Assembly (NCBI GenBank): GCA_005879605.1
Contig: VBKE01000002.1
Location: 5,379-69,378, forward strand
DNA length: 64,000 bases
Direction of reading: 5' to 3'
Origin: Deltaproteobacteria bacterium
GTDB lineage: Bacteria > Desulfobacterota > Binatia > UBA9968
Shown here piece by piece: positions 36,028 through 44,722 of this stretch; positions within the stretch are counted from its first letter, which is position 1, and each line of letters opens with the position of its first letter. The notes under the pieces were generated by a model, which saw only the letters and a program-made list of their open reading frames with translations, ran no database searches and was not told where the DNA came from. The position numbers and the translations under genes are program-made.

Positions 36028-37005
36028 ATGCCACAGCAAACCTATCTGGAAGCGATTCGCTCGGGATTACACGAGGAGATGAGCCGCGACCCATCGGTCT
36101 ATCTTTTCGGGGAAGACGTTGCTCTCGGCGGGCCGTTCGGGGTAACCAACGGATTGGCGGAAGCATTTGGCAAAAACCGGGTCGTCAATACACCGATCAG
36201 CGAAGGCACGGTCACGGGACTCGCCATCGGCGCGGCGACAGCGGGACTTCGTCCCGTCGTCGAGATCATGTTTATCGATTTCATCACTCTAGCGATGGAT
36301 CAGCTCGTCAATCACGCCGCAAAGCTCCATTACATGTCCGGCGGACAGCTCAAAATCCCATTGACCGTCCGAGTCCAGTGCGGCATCAGCGGCACCATGG
36401 GCGCGCATCATTCCCAGAGCCTCGAGTCCTGGATCACTCATGTGCCCGGATTGAAGGTCGTCATGCCCTCCACTCCCGCCGACGCCAAAGGGCTGCTCAA
36501 AGCCGCCATCCGCGACGACAACCCGGTCGTCTTCATCGAGCATCGAGGTCTGTATTGGTCACGCGGTGCAATTGCTGACGGCGATCACGTCGTTCAAATT
36601 GGCAAAGCATCCGTCGTGAGAGCCGGTGACCAAGTAACGATTGTCGCTCTTGCTAAAATGTTGCAGCCTGCTCTGGAGGCAGCGGAAGAACTTTCCTCTG
36701 AAGGTATCGCCGCGGAAGTCATCGACCCACGTAGCCTCTCCCCGCTGGATACCGAGAGCATTGTCGCGTCAGTCAAGAAAACCACGCGGCTTGTCCTTGC
36801 CCATGAAGCTGTCGAACAGAGCGGCATCGGCGCTGAGATCGCGGCCAAAGTTCAGGAAGCCGCTTTCTACTATCTCGATAGTCCGATCATTCGCGTCGCC
36901 GCGCCCTTCGCTCCGGTTCCCGCCAGCCCGGCGCTAGAAAAGACATTCCTGCCGGGAAAGCAACGTCTCATGGAAGCCGTTCACAGAGTGTTAAGCGGGG
37001 CCTGA
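36028..37005 (+). CDS. E1 component beta subunit (pair 2)
   Basis: FGEDV..GG.FGVT, PISEG...G.AIGAA, VIDPRSLSPLD. Confidence 0.85.
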   Translation: MPQQTYLEAIRSGLHEEMSRDPSVYLFGEDVALGGPFGVTNGLAEAFGKNRVVNTPISEGTVTGLAIGAATAGLRPVVEIMFIDFITLAMDQLVNHAAKLHYMSGGQLKIPLTVRVQCGISGTMGAHHSQSLESWITHVPGLKVVMPSTPADAKGLLKAAIRDDNPVVFIEHRGLYWSRGAIADGDHVVQIGKASVVRAGDQVTIVALAKMLQPALEAAEELSSEGIAAEVIDPRSLSPLDTESIVASVKKTTRLVLAHEAVEQSGIGAEIAAKVQEAAFYYLDSPIIRVAAPFAPVPASPALEKTFLPGKQRLMEAVHRVLSGA

Positions 37006-37085
37006 CGCGCCGGTCTTTTCCAACGGATCTCCATCGATTAGGATGGATACGGGAATGTTATTTTGATTTTGCTGGAGAGAGAGCG

Positions 37086-37985
37086 GTGGAAAGACGCAAA
37101 TTCGGCAAAACGGACATGAGTGTAAGCGTTCTCGGCTTCGGCGGATCGGAAATAGGCTATGAACGCGTCTCCGTTAAAACCGCCAAGACCTTGCTCAATG
37201 AAGCGCTCGATGCCGGCCTCAACGTGATCGATACGGCCGAGTGTTACGCCACCAGCGAGGAGCTGATCGGCGAGGCGGTGGGTAAGCGCCGCAAAGATTA
37301 CTATCTCTTCACTAAATGTGGCCACGAGCGAGGATGGAGTTATCCGGACTGGAGGCCGGAATCGCTGCTTCGCAGCATCGAGCGCAGCCTCAAACGGTTA
37401 AAAACCGGTTACGTGGATCTGCTTCAACTCCACAGTTGTTCGGAGTCGGAGTTGCGCAAGGGCGACGTCATCGAAGCGCTGAAGCGCGCTCGCGAGCGCG
37501 GCTACACGCGCTACATCGGTTACAGCGGCGACGGCCAGGCAGCGCTGTATGCAGTCAAATGCGGCGACTTTGACACGTTGCAAACCTCCGTCAGCATTGC
37601 CGATCAAGAAGCTGTCGATCTCCTTCTGCCTGCAGCCCTAGAGCGTAACATCGGCGTCATCGCCAAACGTCCCGTCGCCAACGTAGCGTGGCAAAATGGT
37701 AATCGCCCGCCCGGTGACTCCTATGGCCGTCCCTACTGGGATCGATTGCAGAAATTGAAATATGATTTCCTGCAAAAAGATCTAAAAGAAAGCGTGGCCG
37801 TCGCCCTGCGCTTCACCTTGAGCGTGCCCGGCATTCATACGGCGATCGTGGGAACGTCCAAACCCGGAAGATTTGGCGAAAACGCCGCCGTGCTGGCAGC
37901 GGGACCTTTACCGAAAGATGTTTTTGAGACCATTCGCACCCATTGGCGGGAAATCGCAAGCGACCATTGGCTCGGGCAAAATTGA
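37086..37985 (+). CDS. Aldo/keto reductase
   Basis: GTG start. RKFGKTDMSVSVLGFGG, IDTAECY, DLLQLH. Confidence 0.8.
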   Translation: MERRKFGKTDMSVSVLGFGGSEIGYERVSVKTAKTLLNEALDAGLNVIDTAECYATSEELIGEAVGKRRKDYYLFTKCGHERGWSYPDWRPESLLRSIERSLKRLKTGYVDLLQLHSCSESELRKGDVIEALKRARERGYTRYIGYSGDGQAALYAVKCGDFDTLQTSVSIADQEAVDLLLPAALERNIGVIAKRPVANVAWQNGNRPPGDSYGRPYWDRLQKLKYDFLQKDLKESVAVALRFTLSVPGIHTAIVGTSKPGRFGENAAVLAAGPLPKDVFETIRTHWREIASDHWLGQN

Positions 37986-38116
37986 TCTGATTCGCGTCCT
38001 ATCGGCACCGGCGACATTCATTGACACGACAAGCTGGTCTGAAATAAGTTTCTCGCCAGGACTCAACTAAAATTCTTCGGAAAACACTTAATGAGAAAGT
38101 AAAGACAGGTGCCCTA

Positions 38117-39166
38117 ATGATCAGAATCGATTCCGATACTCACTTCACACCGCTGGATGCGTTCGATGATCTTGATCCGAAATACGCCGAGATCGGGCCG
38201 CATTTTGTTAAGCTGCCCACCGGTAATTATCGCGTCGTTTACAAAGCGAGGGAACCCTTCGTTCCCTCACATATCAAACCCTTGCGAGAAAACGGCCATC
38301 CCCCTTCAGTTTTCGACGCGGCTCCAAGGATCGATGCCATGGCGCAAGACGGCTTCGACAGGCAAGTGCTGATCCCTAACAATGCTCCCTTTTATTATGA
38401 CGTTGACGGGCAAATGGGCGCCAGTGTCAGTCGCTCGTTTAACAGAGCCGTAGCGAGGCCACTCAAACGTTATCCCGACCGGTTCATCGGCGTCGCGACG
38501 GCACCCTTGCAAGACGTTCGCCTTGGCATCGCCGAAGCGGAGTACGCGATCAAGGAGCTGGGGCTTCATGCCGTCATCATTTACCAGAACGTCAACGGCA
38601 AAGATCTCGACGGCGAGTTTCTCTGGCCTTTTTACGAACGTATCGAAGCACTGGGCGTTCCGCTGCTTGTCCACGGCGTGGACAGCGGTCCCCTACTTGG
38701 AGTGGATCGCTTTGCGAGGTTTAACCTCGACGTTTGTCTGGGATTCCCTTTTGAGGTTTTCACGGCGATCTCTGCGCTCGTCTTTAGCGGCGTTCTCGAC
38801 CGCTTCCCCAACCTCAAGTTCGGTTTCTTCGAAGTCGGCGTCGGCTGGATTCCCTGGTTGATGGACCGGCTGGAGATGGCTTACGATGCGCGACCGGCGG
38901 CCCGCGAAAGAGCAACGAGGCGGCCAAAGGAGTGCTTCAATAACTTCTATTTTTCACTTGGCGCAGACGATTCTACTCTACCTGACGTGGTCAAGCGCAT
39001 CGGCAGCAGTAGGCTCATGATCGGCAGCGACTATCCTCATCCCGATGGGACTTTCCCCAACACGGTGACGATGCTCGAAACACGCGAAGGACTGGCCAAG
39101 CAAGACATCGAAAATCTGCTGGGCGGCACGGCGGCAAATTTTTTCGGCCTCGATCAATATCTTTGA
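38117..39166 (+). CDS. Amidohydrolase_2 (ACMSD/decarboxylase-like) family protein
   Basis: IDSDTH start motif, LLVHG, MIGSDYPHPDG. Confidence 0.75.
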   Translation: MIRIDSDTHFTPLDAFDDLDPKYAEIGPHFVKLPTGNYRVVYKAREPFVPSHIKPLRENGHPPSVFDAAPRIDAMAQDGFDRQVLIPNNAPFYYDVDGQMGASVSRSFNRAVARPLKRYPDRFIGVATAPLQDVRLGIAEAEYAIKELGLHAVIIYQNVNGKDLDGEFLWPFYERIEALGVPLLVHGVDSGPLLGVDRFARFNLDVCLGFPFEVFTAISALVFSGVLDRFPNLKFGFFEVGVGWIPWLMDRLEMAYDARPAARERATRRPKECFNNFYFSLGADDSTLPDVVKRIGSSRLMIGSDYPHPDGTFPNTVTMLETREGLAKQDIENLLGGTAANFFGLDQYL

Positions 39167-39389
39167 ATTAGTCCACCCTTCGACGCGCTCAGGGCGACAG
39201 TTCGGAACTTAAAACTATCACGCTGACACTCCTGGCACGGCGTTGACACAACGGGGTTGTCAGCAGTCGCCCTTAGTCGAATCAACCATTCAGAGAACGC
39301 AAGGAAATCCCGCTTCTTTCAATACGTTTGAGACATGGCAGCGCCATGGCATGTCACTTGCTTCATTCGCAGTAAGAAGGAGACGAAAC

Positions 39390-39599
39390 ATGGAGCCATT
39401 TTTGACGTGCGACTCTCAAGCAATCCTAGTTGAGGATAAAAGCTTTCAAGCGGCAAAATGCGATCAATGCGGAGCCAAGATGTACCCCCAGTCGCTTCTT
39501 CAACCGCACCTCACGCGTCATCAACGCCGCCAGCGTTTGTTAATGAGGGAGCTTAGAAAGCTTCGGCACACATTCACCCATATGAGAGATATCGCGTGA
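39390..39599 (+). CDS. Small hypothetical protein (69 aa)
   Basis: ATG after AAGGAGA. The stop is embedded in a strong intrinsic terminator. Contains CDQCG. Confidence 0.45.
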   Translation: MEPFLTCDSQAILVEDKSFQAAKCDQCGAKMYPQSLLQPHLTRHQRRQRLLMRELRKLRHTFTHMRDIA

Positions 39600-39627
39600 G
39601 ATGCCCGGCCAACTCACGCTTTTTTTT
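39594..39627 (+). terminator. Rho-independent terminator
   Basis: Stem GCGTGAG ... CTCACGC followed by T8. Confidence 0.7.
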
Positions 39628-39835
39628 CCTGAACGACATTGCCTTTAGCCTTTTAGCCCTAAAACTATCGACCTCGCAGTGAAAAAAAATAAGATCGCTC
39701 TCTTACCCTCCAATCAGTCATGAATCTGCTTTGTCTTCCGTGAATCCAGCCCCAGTGCTTCTCGCTCGATTGTTCCGGTGGCTCAAGCTGACATTCTCGG
39801 CTTCGCCATTTTCAGGTGTAAAGTTTCGACCTTGT

Positions 39836-40312
39836 TCACTCAAAGAACGCGCCTTCAATCAGCACCGCTTTCGCGGCGCCTTGCTCGTGCGTTCTGCCGG
39901 GGATTGGCGTGCCATCGGGGTTGAGGCGCATGTCCTGTTTGTCCGAACCGGCGCCGATGCGAGCCATCACAAGCGGAGTATCACCGGAATTGCAGAACTG
40001 ATAGTAGCAACCCGCCGGCAGAACAACGGCTTGGTGCTTGCTCGCCTTTAGTTCCTTTTTTCCGTCCCTGCCGGTATTAAACCGCGCCGTTCCTTCTAAA
40101 ACCAGAAAAATGTGATCCTCTTTGGTGTGGGAATGGAGCGCGTTTTCTCCGATGCCCGGCGCATAGCAATGAATTCTCAAACTCATCAGATCCGTTTCAG
40201 CCAGTAAGTGTCGGGTGTGACCCTGGCTCACGAGCTGGGTTTTCAATTGCACGACTTGAGCTGGGACTTCCTTACTGTTTTCCATAGATCCTCCCTTTGG
40301 GTTTACGATCAA
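39836..40312 (-). CDS. Cupin domain protein
   Basis: Cupin_2 pattern (..LHSHTKEDHIFLVLEG.. and ..PAGCYYQF.N.G). The start is 40312 or 40285. Confidence 0.65.
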   Translation of the reverse strand: MIVNPKGGSMENSKEVPAQVVQLKTQLVSQGHTRHLLAETDLMSLRIHCYAPGIGENALHSHTKEDHIFLVLEGTARFNTGRDGKKELKASKHQAVVLPAGCYYQFCNSGDTPLVMARIGAGSDKQDMRLNPDGTPIPGRTHEQGAAKAVLIEGAFFE

Positions 40313-40434
40313 GCCGATACTAGGCCAGCTCAGGCTGTTTTCGCAAGAGGAGTCGCCGCCAGTGGTACTTGCAAATTCTGGTTGGCTCGGATTAGCTGGA
40401 TTTTTTTCCCGTCGGACGAAACGAGAGCAGGCCT

Positions 40435-41295
40435 TTGATTCCTGAAATTGTCGCGATGTTTTCCGCCATGGGTTGGGCCGGAGATTCTGTGTTGGTGCGC
40501 CTAGGCGTGCGCCGATCGAATATCTTTGCAGCGATGCTGATGAGCTATCTCGTCTCGGTCACCTGCATTTGGACGTATCTAGTTGCGACGACACCGTTAG
40601 TCTTTCTCCGCTCGCGCGCCATGGTGTACTTTTTGATCAGCGGCTGCCTTCAGCCGCTATTCGCTCGCGCGCTGTTCTATGAGGGCATCACTCGCATCGG
40701 CGTGGCGCGAGCGGGACCGCTTCGCGGCGCCGAGCCTCTCTTTGCCACCATCATCGCAGTTGTCCTGCTGCACGAACGGCCAGGTATCATGGTTTATCTG
40801 GGGACTGCGCTGATCATGGGGAGTCTCTGGCTCATCTCCGGTAGTCGAGGTGGTGCTGCCAAGTGGCGGCTCGTCGATGCGGCTTTACCTTTGGGGGCCG
40901 GCTTGGTTTCAGCGATTTCACAGACCTTGCGAAAAGAAGGACTAAAAATTCTACCCAATCCCTTCGTTGCGACGGCGATCGTCACCTCGACCTCGTTAGC
41001 GTTGCTCATTAGCTTCATACTACTCACGAAAAGGGTGAACCTGCTCCGCATGCCGCGCCAGAGTTTTCTCTTCTTTGTTGCTGCCGGTTGTGTTGCGGTG
41101 TCGGCTCAAGTCACCAATTTCATCGCAATAGGACAAGGCGATCTGTCCGTAATCATTCCACTGCTCAACACCACCCCGCTGTTTACGGTGCTGTTTAGCG
41201 GACTATTTCTCCGCAGCCTGGAAACCCTGAGTCCGCGAATTGTTGTTGGCGCGAGTCTGATGGTGGGTGGCGTCGTGCTGATCACGCTGCGCTGA
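40435..41295 (+). CDS. EamA/DMT family transporter
   Basis: Ten hydrophobic segments with two EamA-like halves. The start is TTG at 40435 or ATG at 40456. Confidence 0.7.
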   Translation: MIPEIVAMFSAMGWAGDSVLVRLGVRRSNIFAAMLMSYLVSVTCIWTYLVATTPLVFLRSRAMVYFLISGCLQPLFARALFYEGITRIGVARAGPLRGAEPLFATIIAVVLLHERPGIMVYLGTALIMGSLWLISGSRGGAAKWRLVDAALPLGAGLVSAISQTLRKEGLKILPNPFVATAIVTSTSLALLISFILLTKRVNLLRMPRQSFLFFVAAGCVAVSAQVTNFIAIGQGDLSVIIPLLNTTPLFTVLFSGLFLRSLETLSPRIVVGASLMVGGVVLITLR

Positions 41296-41359
41296 CGAAT
41301 TTTCGATGAATGAGTTTCGCATGGATAGTAAAAGCTGCCGCGCTGCCGAGATGGAAAGA

Positions 41360-42364
41360 CTACTTCTCGTAAAGCTTTTTAATGAACCCGCTTTTGTCGA
41401 GCTCTTCGACGAAGCTCGAGTCCGCGAATTCTTCAGGTTTGTGCTTCCAGACGTCCGGGCGAGTGGCCGCGACGTATTCGAAACTAACTTTCATTCCCGC
41501 TAGATTCGGATAGGGCGTCGGTAAGAACATTTTGGAAAAAATGTCATAAGACTCGTTAATCAACTCGTCATCATCTATCCGCAGCGTCTTCTTGATCACT
41601 TTTATGCCGAAGTCACGATCCTTCTTGAAACGGGCGATGCCTTCGAGGTGCGCTTTCATATAATTCATGATCGTCTCGCGGTCGGCCTTGATATTCGCCC
41701 GACGCGTCGTGATTTCCATCCAGGGATAATCAAGCTCCTTCGCCGAGTCCCAGAGCATGGTGAAGCCCATTTTTTTGGCCCGACCGTATCCCGGGTGGGA
41801 CATCGCCGCCCCGTCTACAACGCCGCTTTTGAGCGCCACAATGCGATCAGAGTCGCTGCCGGTCTGGATTAGAGTCAAATCGCGGTCAGGATTGAGCCTT
41901 TTTTTCTTGGCAATGGCACGGACCAGGAAGTCCGTGAGGGAACCCAAGCTGGATACCGCGATCTTTTTCCCCTTCAAGTCCTCAACCCGTTTGATCTCAG
42001 GCTTCACCATCAGCGCGTGAACCACGCCGGGCATGGTGTGAGCCAAAATAACCATGTCCGAACCAGCTAGATCCGCGGCGATAACGGTCGGTGTCGCAAC
42101 CGGCACGATATCGAGATTTCCGCCGATCAGCGCCTTCGATGCGATGCCGGAGCCGTTGATCGCAATAACCTCGGCGTCGAGCCCATACTTCTCGTAAAGT
42201 CGCGCCTCTTTGGTGACATAAATGATAATGTTAGCAACGCTGACGGAAGGAACTCCGACGTGGATCTTTTTAAACGGCTTTCCTTGAGAGAAAGCCGAGA
42301 AAGGAAAGGCTAGCGACATAGAAAAAAAGATACCCAGAAAAAGCCTGACGCTTCGCGCCGCCAT
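41360..42364 (-). CDS. NMT1/THI5-like ABC substrate-binding protein
   Basis: ATG at 42364. Signal peptide, YEKYGLDAEVI, DLKGKKIAVS. Confidence 0.75.
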   Translation of the reverse strand: MAARSVRLFLGIFFSMSLAFPFSAFSQGKPFKKIHVGVPSVSVANIIIYVTKEARLYEKYGLDAEVIAINGSGIASKALIGGNLDIVPVATPTVIAADLAGSDMVILAHTMPGVVHALMVKPEIKRVEDLKGKKIAVSSLGSLTDFLVRAIAKKKRLNPDRDLTLIQTGSDSDRIVALKSGVVDGAAMSHPGYGRAKKMGFTMLWDSAKELDYPWMEITTRRANIKADRETIMNYMKAHLEGIARFKKDRDFGIKVIKKTLRIDDDELINESYDIFSKMFLPTPYPNLAGMKVSFEYVAATRPDVWKHKPEEFADSSFVEELDKSGFIKKLYEK

Positions 42365-42387
42365 ATCCTTATTCCCTCGCAATTCTA

Positions 42388-44307
42388 TCAAACTTTTCGC
42401 GTGCGCAGCTGCGCGATTCGAATCGCCGGGGTCCACGGTTTTTCCGCCCAGGCTGCGCCCGTTCGCCTGACCTCGGCGTCGATGAGATACGGCTTACCAT
42501 CCTGAGTGGCCCTGCGCGCTCGGGCGAGAGCCTCTTTGAGTTGCCCGGGGGATTCGACCTTTTCTCCTGAAACTCCGAACCCCCTCGCGATATCCGCCAT
42601 GTTCATGTTCGGATCGCCGAGATAATCGTGGAAGAACTTCCCGGTCGCGACCATCCGTCCATCGGGTACGTTTGCAATGGCACGGCTATGCGGGCCCGCG
42701 TATGCGTGATTATTGTAGACCACGGTGACTACCGGCAGCTCCAAGCGCGCCATGTTCCAGAGCGCCGTCGGGCCGAAAATGAAAGAACCGTCTCCGACTA
42801 AGCAAATCACCTGCTGGTTGGGTCGGGCCAGCTTCACCCCAGCCGCAGTTCCCACGCCGGAACCGAGGTGCGAACCGTAATAGAAAAACAGCTCGCGTCC
42901 ACCGATGGGGTTAAAGTCGAAACTGTGGAGTCCGATGGATCCGGCTTCATGAACGATGATGGCGTCCTTTTCCGCGAATTGCGCCACCTCGTAAGTCAGC
43001 CGGTCCGCCAGTAGTGGACTGTTGTTCCAGTCGGGGTTCTTTACCAACTGCGCTCTAAGCTTCTTATTGCGCTCTGTCGCTTTGCGGACTTCTTCGCTCC
43101 GTTCTTGCACCTTGGCTTTAATCGCCGGTGTCATCATGCCGTCTACCGCAACCATAAGATCGTCGAGGCCATAAGCGACGTCGGCAACCAACGGCGCCTC
43201 GGTGGTGATGACGTTTCCCATGCTCCAACTATCATTCCGTAAGTCGATGAACTTGACCTGGCGTGGAACCATGGGCGCAGTGCTGTTATGTTGGAGTTTG
43301 TTTCCGACGTTGATCACCACGTCCGGGGTTTTAGGAAAAGCGAGAGTGTCGATCCTGCCGCCGGGAAGCGCGCCGACCCACATGGGATGGCTCTCCGGAA
43401 AGCTGGCGAATATCTGTCTTGCCTGGGTCACGGACATGCCCAACATCTCCGCCAGCTTGACCGCTTTGCTCGCCGCCTTGGCTTTATAAACTTCATCACC
43501 GACAATCATCAGCGGAGTCTTCGCCTCAACGAGAACTTTGGCCGCCCGTTCGATTTCCTTGGGATTCGGTCTTACCCGCATGCGCGGATCGACTTTATCC
43601 TGCGTGATAATCTCGGTGCGGATCTTTGCCTGGTTAAAATCGGCATGCCATGAGGCGTAGGTGGGACCGTAGGGAGGCGTCCATGCCGCTTTAAAGGCGC
43701 GGCGCACCGTCTCAGGAAGCATTTCAGGGCGGCGGGCCAGCCAATAGTATTTGGCGAGCGGCGCAACGATCTGCTCCTGATTCGCCACTTCTTCGAAGCC
43801 GTCACGTCCTGCGGCGCCGCTTTGTTCCGACCGATAGCTATAGAAAACCAGCGGGGTCTGCTCCTTGAAAGCATTAAACATCTGCCCCATCGCGTTCATC
43901 AGACCGACGGAACCCGCCTGCATCACGATGGAGGGCTCCCCCGAAGCCTTCACGTAGCCCGCCGCCATGGCCGCGCCCGGACCTTCATGCGGAGTTAAAA
44001 TGTATTGAAGCTGCGACCGGTCAACGAGCGCATCATAAAACTCGGCATCCTCGCTGGCAGAGTTGCCAAAGACATACTGGACGCCCGAGGCGATCAACTG
44101 CTCCGCGAAAGCCGCCGCCGCGGTGCCTTGAAATATCTTCACTCCTTCCGGCCCGCCCCTGCGGACCTCTTGCGCCTGGGCAACCGCGGAGACGGAATCG
44201 AGTATGGACTGCGCGGCAGCGATGGACACGCCCGCAGTGGTCAGTCCTTTGAGAAAACCGCGTCGAGAAATCGATTCTGACAGGTACCGAGCGACTAATT
44301 CTCTCAT
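42388..44307 (-). CDS. ThDP-dependent enzyme (acetolactate synthase/PoxB superfamily) with N-terminal twin-arginine signal peptide
   Basis: ATG at 44307 after AAAGGAGG. SISRRGFLKG, a hydrophobic region and AVAQA; HEGPGAAMAAGY; GDGSFIF..x..VYNNHAY. Confidence 0.8.
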   Translation of the reverse strand: MRELVARYLSESISRRGFLKGLTTAGVSIAAAQSILDSVSAVAQAQEVRRGGPEGVKIFQGTAAAAFAEQLIASGVQYVFGNSASEDAEFYDALVDRSQLQYILTPHEGPGAAMAAGYVKASGEPSIVMQAGSVGLMNAMGQMFNAFKEQTPLVFYSYRSEQSGAAGRDGFEEVANQEQIVAPLAKYYWLARRPEMLPETVRRAFKAAWTPPYGPTYASWHADFNQAKIRTEIITQDKVDPRMRVRPNPKEIERAAKVLVEAKTPLMIVGDEVYKAKAASKAVKLAEMLGMSVTQARQIFASFPESHPMWVGALPGGRIDTLAFPKTPDVVINVGNKLQHNSTAPMVPRQVKFIDLRNDSWSMGNVITTEAPLVADVAYGLDDLMVAVDGMMTPAIKAKVQERSEEVRKATERNKKLRAQLVKNPDWNNSPLLADRLTYEVAQFAEKDAIIVHEAGSIGLHSFDFNPIGGRELFFYYGSHLGSGVGTAAGVKLARPNQQVICLVGDGSFIFGPTALWNMARLELPVVTVVYNNHAYAGPHSRAIANVPDGRMVATGKFFHDYLGDPNMNMADIARGFGVSGEKVESPGQLKEALARARRATQDGKPYLIDAEVRRTGAAWAEKPWTPAIRIAQLRTRKV

Positions 44308-44332
44308 CGCAACCTCCTTTGGCCAGCCCGCA

Positions 44333-44650
44333 TTACTTCGACGTCTTGCCGGATGTCGGTCCAAAAACTGTGCTTAGATAGGTAGCCATACTCTCGATCT
44401 CATCGTCAGTCCAAAGCGCTCCCCGTCCCATCATCCGGTAGAGCACTCCTTCCCATGCCGTTTTGTCCTGGTGGAGATTTCTCCAAATTCGATCGTTGTG
44501 ACATTGGAAACAGCGCGACATAAGCACGTCTTTGCCCGGACCGTCCGGGAACGCTGGATCCTCGGCTGACTGCGCCAACTTCCCTCCTGCCATGAAGCCA
44601 ATTAGAAGTCCTGACAGAGAAAAAAGAAAAAACACGCGGTGCAATGACAT
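44333..44650 (-). CDS. Monohaem c-type cytochrome with N-terminal signal/anchor helix
   Basis: A single CFQCH motif, a downstream Met-rich segment (YRMMGRG) and a hydrophobic N-terminus. Confidence 0.75.
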   Translation of the reverse strand: MSLHRVFFLFSLSGLLIGFMAGGKLAQSAEDPAFPDGPGKDVLMSRCFQCHNDRIWRNLHQDKTAWEGVLYRMMGRGALWTDDEIESMATYLSTVFGPTSGKTSK

Positions 44651-44722
44651 TATGCTCCCTCCTAAGAATGTACGAACGCGCAGAGATTACTGCCATGCGG
44701 ATCAACGTGTCAACGGCGGCGT

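Noticed and set aside
33757-37005. A hidden E2 (lipoyl acyltransferase) or E3 gene near the E1 pairs
   Set aside because: No ORF in any frame shows a lipoyl-Lys motif, a catalytic DHRxxDG-type motif or an FAD/NAD disulfide reductase motif. The spaces between genes are filled by repeats.
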